The notes beneath the pieces are model-generated. The model did not search any database. It saw only the letters and a list, made by a program, of their open reading frames with translations, and was not told the DNA's origin. The position numbers and the translations under genes were made by a program. Shown piece after piece: positions 40,298 to 50,771 of a DNA stretch of 64,000 nt. The stretch comes from an uncultured Acidobacteriota bacterium. GTDB taxonomy: Bacteria > Acidobacteriota > Thermoanaerobaculia > Multivoradales > JAHEKO01. Where the stretch lies: the NCBI GenBank assembly GCA_963713825.1, contig CAVQNG010000003.1, positions 320,001 through 384,000 on the forward strand, written 5' to 3'. How positions within the stretch are numbered: the stretch's first letter is position 1; each line of letters begins with the position of its first letter.

Positions 40298-40476
40298 CTC
40301 CTTCGCTCGAAGTACCTATCGCCTGCCGGAGGCTTCCGGCAGGAGCATCGTCATGGATATCGCTCTTCATCTTCTACCACAGAATCCGGGCTCCTTCGAT
40401 GTCGGTCCGAGCGCGGTCGGCGACGGCATCTACAAAAAGACCCTTCTCCAGACCGCGCATTCGCGCACCGATAGTC

Positions 40477-40854
40477 CTACCCAAAGCCTTCCAACTGCTC
40501 CTCGATCGACTTGGTGATCTCGGACTCCGTGTCACCGAGATGAGCCGTCGACTTGTTCTCGACCAGTAAGATCGAGCACTCCTCGGTCGAGGAAACCCGG
40601 TGGTTGAGGCCGCGCTTGACGATATAGAGGTCGCCCGTCTCCATAGTGAAGGGCGCTTCCCCTTCGATCTCGAAGAGCAGACTGCCGTCGATGATGTAGA
40701 ACAGCTCGTCCTCCCCGGCGTGGTTGTGCCAGGGGATCTCTTCGCCCTTGATCTTGGCTACCTTGACGAAGACGTCGTTCACCTCGCCGATGACTGTCGG
40801 CGAGAAATACTCGGTCAGGGCCGTCGCGCGGGCGAGAAGCTTGATGGCTGGCAT
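40477..40854 (-). CDS. Cupin domain protein
   Basis: YFSP.VIGEVND..VKVAK, WHNHAGEDELF, V.RG..HR. Confidence 0.88.
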   Translation of the reverse strand: MPAIKLLARATALTEYFSPTVIGEVNDVFVKVAKIKGEEIPWHNHAGEDELFYIIDGSLLFEIEGEAPFTMETGDLYIVKRGLNHRVSSTEECSILLVENKSTAHLGDTESEITKSIEEQLEGFG

Positions 40855-40928
40855 GGCGACGATTTTACAGACCCACCTTGGTAGAACTGTGTCCGCGGCT
40901 ATAAATCTGGCGCCGACGGTGCGCCTAC

Positions 40929-40953
40929 GCGAGGGGGCAAGACCCTCCCCTAC
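40929..40953 (-). repeat. GTAG-family REP-like palindrome overlapping a stop codon
   Basis: Minus strand GTAGGGGAGGGTCTTGCCCCCTCGC; a second GTAG (GTAGGCGCAC..) follows immediately. Confidence 0.5.
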
Positions 40954-41399
40954 TTGAAGACGTCCTTCAGAACACCCGAGATCGACATATCCGCTTCGAA
41001 GACGAGGGCGAGGTCGGACCCTGCAATGCGCCACTCATAGCCCTCGTGGGCGGGTAGTCTTTTCAGGAACGAGGATGGCATCCTCGTCTTGGCGATCCCG
41101 GGGGGCATCGGCTTGCCTCGCGCCAGGTTCTTCCTGATCCCCGGTGGCAAGGGCTTGTAACCGGTCAGATTGCTATCGACCGCGAACCGGCGGGCATCTC
41201 CGTAGCTGAGACGAATGCCCGCAGACGCCACCGCGATCACGTCCAGCGAGTCGCCGTGATCCTTGTGATCGACGCTCTTCTCGTTCTTCGCCTTGTCTGG
41301 CTTCCCCTTGTCCTGCGGCGGATCCAGAGCCAACAATGTGGCTGGCACCGACATGACAAGAAGAAACACTGCGACCCCCTCTAGCCTTGAGATGCGCAT
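40950..41399 (-). CDS. CigR/RcnB-like secreted protein
   Basis: Signal peptide, LPPGIRKNLARGKPMPPGIAK, LPAHEGYEWRIAGSDL. Confidence 0.82.
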   Translation of the reverse strand: MRISRLEGVAVFLLVMSVPATLLALDPPQDKGKPDKAKNEKSVDHKDHGDSLDVIAVASAGIRLSYGDARRFAVDSNLTGYKPLPPGIRKNLARGKPMPPGIAKTRMPSSFLKRLPAHEGYEWRIAGSDLALVFEADMSISGVLKDVFK

Positions 41400-41459
41400 A
41401 GTGAAATCAGTGTAGCTGTCAGCGATCGCCACCGATGTGGATAGCTCCACTGAGGCCAA

Positions 41460-43284
41460 TCATGGGCAAGGTATGCGGTCCGCTCCACGGCAGGCGATGC
41501 ACGTCGCCCGGACGAGGGCGCGCTGGATGCGGTTGGTCTCGCGGAGCAGCTCGGTCTCTATGAAGCCGGCTTCATCGGAAGCCGGATCCATCTTGGCGAG
41601 CTCATGGACTGCGGACAGTCCCGGGAACAGTGGGAACTGACGAGCCGGGTCGTGGTGGAAGGGCCCGGCGATGGTGAAAAGGACGGGGTTGATGGTTCGA
41701 GAGACCGCCATCGCGTCCTCGTTGACAGCCGCGACAGCGTCGCCCTGGGCAGACTCGCTCCAAATCTTCAACATCTGGGCGGCAACAGAGAATACCCCGA
41801 TGCTCTCCATGAGTGGACCGAAGTCCCAGCTCTGCCCTGCTGCCTCTGCTAGCTCGGCCAACCGCGCTTTCATCTGCGCGGCGACAGGCTCGAAGTCGTA
41901 CGGCAGTACCTCCTGCGTCGCCAACGGCCAGAGCAACGCAAGGAAGATCTTCGTATCGCGAACCATCAGCTCGCGGTCAGCCTTGTCGAAGGAGTCCTCG
42001 GAGGTGTGCCACCAGTAGCCATAGGCCGAGCCGCCGGCGTCCTTGGCCCGGTCTGGGCTATCGAGTGGGATGGCCGGATAGACGGTGAGCGAGGGCACCC
42101 CGATACCCCACATGGCCTCGTCGTTGTAGCGGTAACTCCGGTTGATCTCGCCCTTGAACTCAGTCCGCTCGAGCATCACGCTCTCGATGAAGCCCTTGAG
42201 CTCCCACATCCCTTCGGGCTCGAGCTCGGTGGCGCTGCGCACGCCCGGCGAGTCGATCGCCATGTAGCCGATGGCGTTCTGGTACAAGTCTTCGTAGAAA
42301 TTGTCGGCGTACCACGTCGAGCCGCTGTATCGCCCCGTCGAATGGCCCGGCCACCATGCGATGCGCACGCTACGGCGCAGGTCCTCGCGGTTCTCGTTCA
42401 GCACTCGCGCCACCTCCAGCAGCGAGGCGTTTCCAGTTGCGGTGTCCGTGACCCCTTCGTGCCAAGAGTCGATGTGATTGGCGATCAGAACGAACTTCTC
42501 AGGCTCTACAGTGCCGGGAATCTCGACCATCACCAGCGGGATCTTCTTCCAGCCGGTATCGGTCTTGGCTTCGAGTTGGACCTGAACCTCTCCCTGTCGT
42601 GCGAGATCTTCCAGCTTCCTCCCGTCCGGCTCGGTGATCGAAACGATCGGGATCTTCGGAAGACGCTTTGCATCCTCTCGCGTCGGATGACCCCAAACCG
42701 ACGAAACGATCATATTGACCAAGCGGGGCGACGGCGCGATGCAAACCGCACCAACAGCACCTGCGCGCTCGGCCTGGAAGATCAACTCCGGACTGGGATA
42801 GCCCCGCATCAGTGCTATCCGACCCTCCAGGTCGACACCGGCAAAGTCCTCGTCGCGGGTAGTGACAATCTCCGGGTCGGTCGGGCCAACGTAGACCAGC
42901 TCGCCGGCGATCCCATCCTTCCCCGTCGAAGTGGAGAACGCCGGCACAAGAGCTGGAACGTCGAGAGCTTCCGGCGCTGTCACGGTCAACGAAGCCGAGA
43001 CGGGCAGGCTCAGATAGGAGTCGAACTCGTACCGCCGATGGGGCACGCCGAGCGCCTCGAGCTGCTGCTCCAGGTAGTCGGCGGCCTGGCGCTCGCCCTC
43101 GGTGGAAGAAGTCCGATCGAGCTTCGAGAAGACCTCGGTGAGACGCCACATCTCATCGGGGCGCACCTGGTCGAGGACCTCCTCGAGCGGCTGCGCTCGG
43201 CCGGCCGGTGTGAAGAGAAATGTAGGTAAGAACCAGTGCCGCTGGAACCCGGTGATTGCCGGTCGTCGAAGCCCGATATTTCAT
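41460..43284 (-). CDS. M28 family metallopeptidase with PA domain; apparent 1-nt frameshift in the signal-peptide region
   Basis: HIDSWHEGVTDTATG, WWPGHSTGRYSGS, IDSPG, YWWHT..D; ATG 43284 (MKYRAS..AALVL) is out of frame with FLFTPAGRAQPLEEVLDQVRPDEM. Confidence 0.8.
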
Positions 43285-44685
43285 GGTCTTGATCGTAGCA
43301 CCGGGCTCTTGCCTGTTACCTCTGGCAGGCTTGATCGAGTAGCCAATTTACCGCGGGTCCGCCAGAGACCCTGAGCCGACGACAGCATTTTGCGCAACGC
43401 CTCATAGACATCCGGGTGGTTGACGATGTGAGCGTGGTGCATTCCAGGGAACACAGCCCCGCTGGCGAAAGCGGACACGGCGGGCTGGTTCGGCCGCCTC
43501 ACCGGAGGCGCTCCGCGAGTCGAACCATCACGTCGCCGAGCAGCCGGCCGAGCGGATGATCCGGGTCGCGCGAGATCGTCGCCGCCAGAAAGTAGTATCC
43601 GACCCCATCGACTGAGCGGCAGGTCTCGCCGGCGATTGGCAAACACCTCGTCCGGGTCCATTCCGGCCCATTCTTCGTCCACGGTGTAGCCATAACGGAG
43701 GTCTTTGACACCGGCGCTGCGAGCTATCGAGTAGCACTGCCGGCACTTGCGCACCCGCTGCTTCGAGGTTTCTCAGCACCCCGGTCAGTAGGTTCACGGC
43801 CTTTTCGAGAGGCGCACCGAGATGTGGCGAGCCGATGCAAGCCACATGGCGAAGACGGGTGACCCAAGGCTCATCATGCTCTTTCGCGTAGTGCGCTGCG
43901 CTTCGTGCGACCAGACCGCCCATGCTGTGCCCAACGAGCGCGATCTCTTCGATCGGTACGGGATACGCCTCCAACACCTGGGTGAGCAGCGTCGCCAACG
44001 CGCGCCCGTTCTCGGAGATGTGCCGACCTGTGTTGTAGCGCAGGTAGATCGGCGTGAACTCGAGGTCGGCATGCAGCCGCGTGCCGAAGGTCACGGCTGG
44101 ATCGCCGTAGTGCTCCTTGGAGGACAGGCTCCATAGCCACTCGGTCGCGGCCAGGCCGTGCACAAAGACACAGATCTTGTTCGTCGGACTTGGAAAGGCC
44201 GCCGCGCAAGCCTCTGTCGTGACCGGAAGATCTCGACCATGGAGGCGCAGCGTCATCCCGAGGTCGAGGCGACTGCTCTTCTGGCGCAGGTAGTCACCCC
44301 AAAACCCATTCAGCGATGCCTGGAGATGGTCGACATACCAACTCGCGGTTCTTGCCGCGGAAGAGTCGATAGGCGTTGCGAGCTCAGGTCCGGCCGATTC
44401 GTAAGCCGGTTGGAGACGATCTTCGGCGATTTCGGCGGCAGCATTCACCGAGAACCGGGTTGCCCCGTTGATCGCCCGAATCGACTGGAACACGCCGCTG
44501 GATATGGCCGAATGGATACCCGTGACAACCTTGGCGGCCCCTTTCGCAGGCTCAATCGGCGCGAACCTCCGAGCTGAGCGCTGGACCACCGCGTCGTGCG
44601 TCCGCTCGACGAGGTTCGTCGTCTCGTCGACCAGATCGAACGCCAGATCGACGAACCCTCGTGCGACCGACGGCTCGATCTTCAT
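43281..44685 (-). pseudogene. PGAP1-like/lipase alpha/beta hydrolase, frameshifted (pseudogene or sequencing error)
   Basis: FVHGL, RYNTGRHIS, GHSMGGL, GSPHLGAPLE; continues in other frames (SAGVKDLRYG, LLGDVMV, HIVNHPDVY); 3' end approximate. Confidence 0.75.
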
Positions 44686-44708
44686 GGCCTGGGCTCCAGA
44701 GAGCTCAT

Positions 44709-46316
44709 CTACGGCCTAATCTGCTTCAGGAAGTCGGCGGCCTGCTTCTTCATTCCCGCATCGGCCGACTCTGCGACGACCTTCTCCAACAGGGTCGCTG
44801 CTTCATCAAGCTTCTTCTCTCGGGCCAGAGCGACCGCGTACTGAAAGTCGAGTTGGAGCAGCGTTTGGCGGGCCGGGGCCAATTGCTCCTCAGTAGCGCC
44901 TCGTGCTTCGGCGGTGGCAACCAGATCGATCGCTTCCTGCCGTTTGCCTGCCCGCGCATAGCCCAACAGGAGGTTGTAGGCCACGTCTCCCCTGCCGGGG
45001 AGCATCTCGTAGGCCTTCTCCAGGGTCGGCACAGCATCCGGCGACGGCTTGGCCTCGAGGTTGTAGGAGTAACCCAGTAGGGCCCACCCCTCACCGTAGC
45101 CCGGCCTCAGCTCCACACTCTTATTGAACGCCGCGATGGCCTGGTTCAGGCGGGTCTGCTCTTCGGGAGTCTGCGGGCGCCTCTTGCCGAGCAGGGCGAG
45201 CTCGACCTCCCCGAAGAGCACCTGCAGCCTGAAGGCATCGGGCAACTGATCCAGGGCCTGTCTGTAGTACTTCTCGGCGGTGCCCAGGTCACCGGACATC
45301 TCGCTGACCAGTCCGAGGCCCGCCGTCGCGGGGGCAAAATCAGGGGTCAACTGAAGAGCAGCTTCGAAGTGAGCCTTGGCGTCGGCTTGGGCATCCGGAT
45401 TGGTGTGGATCAGCAGGTCTCCCAGGTGAAACAGTGCCACGTCCGGCGCCAGTGACGTCAGGCTCACGTCTGTGGGTACGCCCGCTGGAACCGGGATCTC
45501 CCGATGTGGCAGCGGAGTCTGGGCCACGTAGGCCCCCACCGCGGACTGCAGAGCCTCCACATGCACCCCCAGCGTCTCGGCAATGGAGATGTCCGCCGTG
45601 GGATTCTGCGCCAACTCATCGACAAATCGCCTCGTGGCACCGAAGCGCTCATCGTCATCCACCAAGAGATAGTGCATCAGTGCCCACGAGCCCTGGACAA
45701 AGGCATTCATCTGCCCCGGATCGGTGGGAAGAGTCTCGGTAGCCAGAACCTCCGAGACCGACATCCGTTCCCCACCCAACAGACCCATCTTCTCGGCCTC
45801 GGCACCGCCAGGGGCCAGGGCCACCTGTGCGATCGAACCGTCGGACTGGAAAGTGCTGAAGATCTCAGCCAGGCCATGCTTGAACCACAGCGGCACCTGG
45901 GGGACATTGTTATTGATCACGTCGTGTAGATACTGCCGGTAGACCACGGGCAGCGTGTCGTCGGGAGTGCTCCCCACCACGGCTGCGAAGTTCGCATGCT
46001 TGTGTGGAGCGAAGTAGCCGGACTGGCCTCCCGGTAGCGCATAGGGCTCGAAGGACTCACGGTCCTTGAAGAGATAGAGCAGCGTGTCCAGGGGCGAATC
46101 GAACTCGGCTCGCGGGAAGATCTCCTCGAGCACGGCTTGCAGCCGTTCGAGGTCGAGGCCGATCTCCTTCGTTGCCGCCTCGTTCAAATTGCTGAAAATA
46201 ATGAAGTTATCGGTCTCCGCTTGCTCCCAGCCAGCGCCAGACGGCACGGCTGCGGGAGAGGGGATCGCCACTGCCCAGACGACAAGGGCCAACATCAGGG
46301 TCGAGATTCGTTTCAT
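44709..46316 (-). CDS. Secreted protein with degenerate gluzincin-like (DUF1570/peptidase MA-like) domain and TPR repeats
   Basis: Signal peptide, W...ETDNFIIFS, YRQYLH...PLWFKHGLAE, SWALMHYL, TPRs. Confidence 0.75.
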   Translation of the reverse strand: MKRISTLMLALVVWAVAIPSPAAVPSGAGWEQAETDNFIIFSNLNEAATKEIGLDLERLQAVLEEIFPRAEFDSPLDTLLYLFKDRESFEPYALPGGQSGYFAPHKHANFAAVVGSTPDDTLPVVYRQYLHDVINNNVPQVPLWFKHGLAEIFSTFQSDGSIAQVALAPGGAEAEKMGLLGGERMSVSEVLATETLPTDPGQMNAFVQGSWALMHYLLVDDDERFGATRRFVDELAQNPTADISIAETLGVHVEALQSAVGAYVAQTPLPHREIPVPAGVPTDVSLTSLAPDVALFHLGDLLIHTNPDAQADAKAHFEAALQLTPDFAPATAGLGLVSEMSGDLGTAEKYYRQALDQLPDAFRLQVLFGEVELALLGKRRPQTPEEQTRLNQAIAAFNKSVELRPGYGEGWALLGYSYNLEAKPSPDAVPTLEKAYEMLPGRGDVAYNLLLGYARAGKRQEAIDLVATAEARGATEEQLAPARQTLLQLDFQYAVALAREKKLDEAATLLEKVVAESADAGMKKQAADFLKQIRP

Positions 46317-46341
46317 GAGAAGTCCTCAAAGCCTTCTATTG

Positions 46342-46399
46342 GGGGGACACAATACCCATTTGAGTACCCGTTCTCTTCGAAATGAGGTTTGTGTCCCCC
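46342..46399. repeat. Intergenic hairpin with perfect 11-bp terminal inverted repeat
   Basis: GGGGGACACAA (46342-46352) and TTGTGTCCCCC (46389-46399), with inner CATTT/AAATG pairing. Confidence 0.6.
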
Positions 46400-46448
46400 G
46401 CGCATTGTATCCACCGGGATGCCCAGCGCTGAGTGCTAGGCTCCGACC

Positions 46449-47733
46449 ATGCACATTACACTGGATCGGCTCGTTCTTTGGCTGATCGTCTTAGCGCTTG
46501 CGGTAGTGGCAACCCGAAGAAAGCGCTCTGACCGCCGATCTGTCTTCCACCGTCCCTACCAACCTGACCGTCTCAGCACCCGTTCACCACATCGACAGCG
46601 TCGCCCGCGAGCCGATGCTTGTAGAGCACCCGACCGGCGCGCTCTTCGTCTCCGGCTACGGCTCCCAGGTCACAGGAGTCGACCCGAAGGCACCTCCCAA
46701 CCTATGGCGAAGCGACGACGGCGGGGCAACATGGAGTCGAGTCGACATAGGCACCCCTGAGGAGGGTGCGATCGGCAATTCCGACATCGACCTGGCTGTC
46801 GGCCCCGATGGCACGCTCTACTTCGTGACCATGGGCTTCGATCGATCGGCAATGGAGGGGACACACGTCGCGGTCGGCGTCAGTTACGACATCGGCACCA
46901 GTTGGTCGTGGACTCTGCTCTCCGAGACTCGCTTCGACGACCGGCCGTGGGTCGCAGTTGCGCCCAACGGAACGGCCCACGTCGTTTGGAACGACGGCGC
47001 CGGGGTGAGCTACGCGGTCAGCACCGACAACGGCGAGACCTGGGAAGAACGCGACAAAGTGCACCCCCGCGGCGGCTCGAGCCATTTGGCCGTGGGGCCG
47101 AGCGGCGAGCTGGCGGTGCGCATCACACCGATATCGGCCTCGGCCAACAATTTCGATGCAGGGCTCGAGTTGATCGCCGTCAGCACCGACGGTGGCGAGA
47201 CCTGGAGCAAGAACCCCGCACCCAGCAACATCGAGTGGGACCCGACCTTCAGCGACCCGAACGGAGTGCCACGGTGGGTCGAGCCACTCGCCTGGGACGC
47301 CAGCGGAGACCTCTACCATCTCTGGAGCGAAGGCCAGGTCGTCAAGCTGGCCCGCTCGAGGGACCATGGGGCGTCCTGGGCGGAGTGGGTCGTCGCAGAG
47401 GAAGATCAGCTGGCCTATTTCCCCTATCTGGTGGCGCGAGGTCCAGGCGAGCTGGCGGCGACCTGGTTCTCGGGCGGGGGCGACATGATGGCCGTTCGAG
47501 TCGCTGACTTTTGAAGTCCCCGATGAAGAGGGCTCTGAACCGCGAGTTCTTCTTGCAGACCCTTCCAGCCTGACTGCTGGCAAGAGAGGGAGGATCAGAA
47601 GATTCGCGATCCGGGCGGCGAATATGTGCCGGTTGCGTTCCTTTCAGATGGAGGGCTAGCTGTCGCCACGCCGATACAGGACAGCCAGGGCGAGCGCTTC
47701 GGGTTCTCCTGGTGGAAACTCGAAGAGCACTAG
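46449..47733 (+). pseudogene. BNR/Asp-box (sialidase-like) propeller protein with several frameshifts
   Basis: Asp-boxes SDDGGATW, STDNGETW, STDGGETW, SRDHGASW; signal peptide at 46449 and C-terminus (RDPGGEYVPVAF...FGFSWWKLEEH*) lie in other frames. Confidence 0.7.
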
Positions 47734-47853
47734 CTGGACACCGAGATCCCGTCAGGATCTGTGGCCGGCCTCCGCATCCTGCTAGGCTTTCAAACGAGCG
47801 CGGTATCCTGCGCACGATTGAAGATCCCTGTTCACCCTCGGAGGCAACCAACC

Positions 47854-49548
47854 ATGCTCCTCAACCCGAAACGGGGTGTCCGCGAGTATCCCGACGAGGC
47901 GAGTCGCGAGCTGATGCTCGCGGTCATCGACTTCTTCGAGAGCAAAGGCCTGGCACGCATCAAACACGACGACCACGAGCGGGTCTGGTATCAGGACTTC
48001 CTCGAATTCGTGAAGGAAAACGGGGTCTTCTCTACCTGTCTCACGCCTCCCGAGTACGGCGACGAGGGCTGCCGCTGGGATACCTGGCGCAATTGCGAGC
48101 TCAACGAGATTCTCGGCTTCTACGGCCTGGCCTACTGGTACACGTGGCAGGTGACGATCCTGGGGCTCGGTCCCATCTGGATGAGCGGCAACGAGGAAAT
48201 CAAGCGGAAGACGGCCCGGTTTCTGAAAGAGGGTGGCATCTTCGCCTTCGGGCTCTCGGAGCAGGAGCACGGCGCTGACCTCTACTCGAGCGAGATGATG
48301 CTTTACCCCCAGGGTGACGGGAGCTTTCTTGCACGGGGCGAGAAGTACTACATCGGCAATGGCAACGAGGCGGCGCTGGTCTCCGTCTTCGGCAAGGTAG
48401 CCGATTCCGACGACTATGTCTTCTTCGTTGTCGATCCTCGTCACGAGAAGTACGAGTGCGTGAAGAACGTCTGCAACTCCCAGAGCTATGTCGCACACTT
48501 CGCGCTCCGCGACTACCCCATTGCCGAGGCGGACGTCCTGTCCCTCGGGCGTGAGGCCTGGGATACATCTCTCAATACGGTAAACGTGGGCAAGTTCAAT
48601 CTGGGGTGGGCCTCGATCGGCATCTGCACGCATGCGTTCTACGAGGCGATCGATCACGCCTCCTCGCGGCGATTGTTCAACCACTCCGTTACCGACTTTC
48701 CCCACATCCGGCAGTTCTTTACCGACGCCTACTGCCGGCTCGTCGCCATGAAGCTCTTCGCGCTGAGGGGCTCCGACTACCTACGGACGGCCTCACCGGA
48801 TGACCGTCGCTATCTTCTCTACGACCCGCTGGTCAAGATGAAGGTGACGAGCCAGGGCGAGGAAGTGATCGACCTCCTGTGGGACATTGTCGCGGCCAAG
48901 GGATTCGAGAAGGACATGTACTTCGAGATGGCAGCTCGGGACATCCGGGCACTGCCCAAGCTCGAGGGCACGGTGCACGTCAACATGGCGCTCGTCATCA
49001 AGTTCATGAAGAACTACTTCTTCAAGCCCGACGACTTCCCCGGCATCCCGGAAGTCCGTGAGCCACGTCACGACGCGTTTCTCTTCGATCAGGGCCCAAC
49101 CAAGGGGTTGGGCAAGATCCGCTTCCACGACTACCGAGAGATCTACGACCGCGTGGACCTGCCCAACGTCCGCATCTTCAAGAAGCAGATTCGGACCTTC
49201 AGGCATCTGCTGATGGTAGGGCGCCCGAACAAGGAGCAGATCAAGGACATCGACTTCCTGCTCATCGTCGGCGAGCTCTTCTCCCTCGTGGTTTATGGCC
49301 AGCTCATCCTCGAAAACGCGCCCGTCCACTCAGTGGAGGACGACGTGCTCGACCAGATCTTCGACGTTCTGGTGCGCGACTTCTCCAAGTTCGCACTGCA
49401 GCTCTACTCGAAGACCTCGAGCACCACGACACAAAGGCTCTTCTGCCGCCGCATGATCCGCAAACCGGTGGTCGACCACGCCCGATTCGAGCGGGTCTGG
49501 GAAAATCAGGTGTATGCGCTCGAGGGCGCCTATCGAATGAACGAGTGA
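47854..49548 (+). CDS. Acyl-CoA dehydrogenase
   Basis: FAFGLSEQEHGADL, GEKYYIGNG, VNVGKFNLG, KLEGTVHVN. Confidence 0.9.
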   Translation: MLLNPKRGVREYPDEASRELMLAVIDFFESKGLARIKHDDHERVWYQDFLEFVKENGVFSTCLTPPEYGDEGCRWDTWRNCELNEILGFYGLAYWYTWQVTILGLGPIWMSGNEEIKRKTARFLKEGGIFAFGLSEQEHGADLYSSEMMLYPQGDGSFLARGEKYYIGNGNEAALVSVFGKVADSDDYVFFVVDPRHEKYECVKNVCNSQSYVAHFALRDYPIAEADVLSLGREAWDTSLNTVNVGKFNLGWASIGICTHAFYEAIDHASSRRLFNHSVTDFPHIRQFFTDAYCRLVAMKLFALRGSDYLRTASPDDRRYLLYDPLVKMKVTSQGEEVIDLLWDIVAAKGFEKDMYFEMAARDIRALPKLEGTVHVNMALVIKFMKNYFFKPDDFPGIPEVREPRHDAFLFDQGPTKGLGKIRFHDYREIYDRVDLPNVRIFKKQIRTFRHLLMVGRPNKEQIKDIDFLLIVGELFSLVVYGQLILENAPVHSVEDDVLDQIFDVLVRDFSKFALQLYSKTSSTTTQRLFCRRMIRKPVVDHARFERVWENQVYALEGAYRMNE

Positions 49549-49564
49549 CGCTGGAGGACAGTCG

Positions 49565-50212
49565 TCAGCGATCCCCTTCAGAGGAAACCCAGCCGGGGAA
49601 CTCGGCCGATTTCCCACGCCTTGCCCGCCACCAGACGAGAAAGGCGGTGGCAAAGCGCTGGGTGACAATCAAGACCGCGAGTCCCAACGCGATCAGGATC
49701 GGCATGATCCAGTAGCCACCCCAGATCACGGCTCCTTCGGGGAGATCCGAGAAGACCCCGAGAGCTCGAGGAACCCCATCCACAACCGCCAATCCCGTGT
49801 TGTTCGGAAAGACCGGCTTGAGCAGAGCGGTCAGCAACGCCGCGAAGCCCAGCATGTATCCGAGCAGCAGGCCGAGGGCTGGAAAGAACCCGAGCAGTGA
49901 GGTGCTGGCCAGGTTCCAGAACGCCCGCACGGTCGGAGCGACCCGACCTGTGGTGATCGCTTCCTCGATCGTGATCTCGGCGGAATAGGCTTGAGCCACT
50001 CTCTGCGGCATCCCGATCTCCTGCAGCACCCGCTCGAGGGCGGTGCGCTCGTCGGGCTCAGCCTCGGCTTCGTCGACGCGCTCCCGAATGTGGGACTCCA
50101 GCTCCTGGACCGCATCCATGACCACGGCACGTGGCAAGAACGACTTGAGAGACTGTCCGAGTACGAACAGATAGCCTCGCACCCGAGCTTCGCCGGCTTC
50201 ACTGAGTTTCAT
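49565..50212 (-). CDS. HAAS/DUF1700-like membrane protein, partner of PadR
   Basis: YL..L...L......D...ELESHI.E...G.P..VA motif followed by TM helices. Confidence 0.75.
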   Translation of the reverse strand: MKLSEAGEARVRGYLFVLGQSLKSFLPRAVVMDAVQELESHIRERVDEAEAEPDERTALERVLQEIGMPQRVAQAYSAEITIEEAITTGRVAPTVRAFWNLASTSLLGFFPALGLLLGYMLGFAALLTALLKPVFPNNTGLAVVDGVPRALGVFSDLPEGAVIWGGYWIMPILIALGLAVLIVTQRFATAFLVWWRARRGKSAEFPGWVSSEGDR

Positions 50213-50215
50213 GGC

Positions 50216-50586
50216 TCAAACCCTCCCTGCTGCTTCAACGAGGTGGTCGATCTTGCTTCGATAGGAGTTCCAATGATCGAGCATGTCGTCCAGGCTTCGG
50301 CGGCCCTGGTTGCTCAAGCCGGTAGTACTTTCGGGGGTGGGGAGTTTCACTCGGAGACCCACTCGGCCTCGACGACCCCGCTGCGAGTGAGCCTCCCCAG
50401 AATGGGGTAGATCGTCCCTTCCGTGACCACGAGATCCGTGGACTCCTGGAGATAGCGAATAATCTCGAGGCCGTATCTGGGCGTCGAAGAAACCGAGAGC
50501 AGGATAGCCAGCTCCAGCCCCCCTCTTCGAAGTTGCTCTCTCCACTTGTCGAGGGGATCGTCGGCTTCTATTGGCTTCTTCTTCAT
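50216..50586 (-). CDS. padR: PadR family transcriptional regulator, frameshifted near 50345
   Basis: QLRRGGLELAIL, YGLEII, EGTIYPILGRL; C-terminus (GLSNQGRRSL...W) in another frame. Confidence 0.85.
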
Positions 50587-50608
50587 CGTGGTTATCCTGG
50601 CTTGGCAT

Positions 50609-50631
50609 TATATCTTGCGCTACAAGGTATA
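50609..50631. promoter_or_regulatory. Inverted repeat, probable PadR autoregulatory operator
   Basis: TATATCTTG-CGCTA-CAAGGTATA (8/9 match), AT-rich, 23 bp upstream of the padR start. Confidence 0.6.
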
Positions 50632-50771
50632 TACGCAAGTTCTCGCACCAGGTTGCACACTGCAGCCATACCGAGTGGTTCAGCCGGTAGACGCCAGTAG
50701 GAAGCCGGGCCTTCCCCTATACTTCAGATACATAAGTTTCTCGAGAGATCACCGGGCTGGAGACTGGGCCG

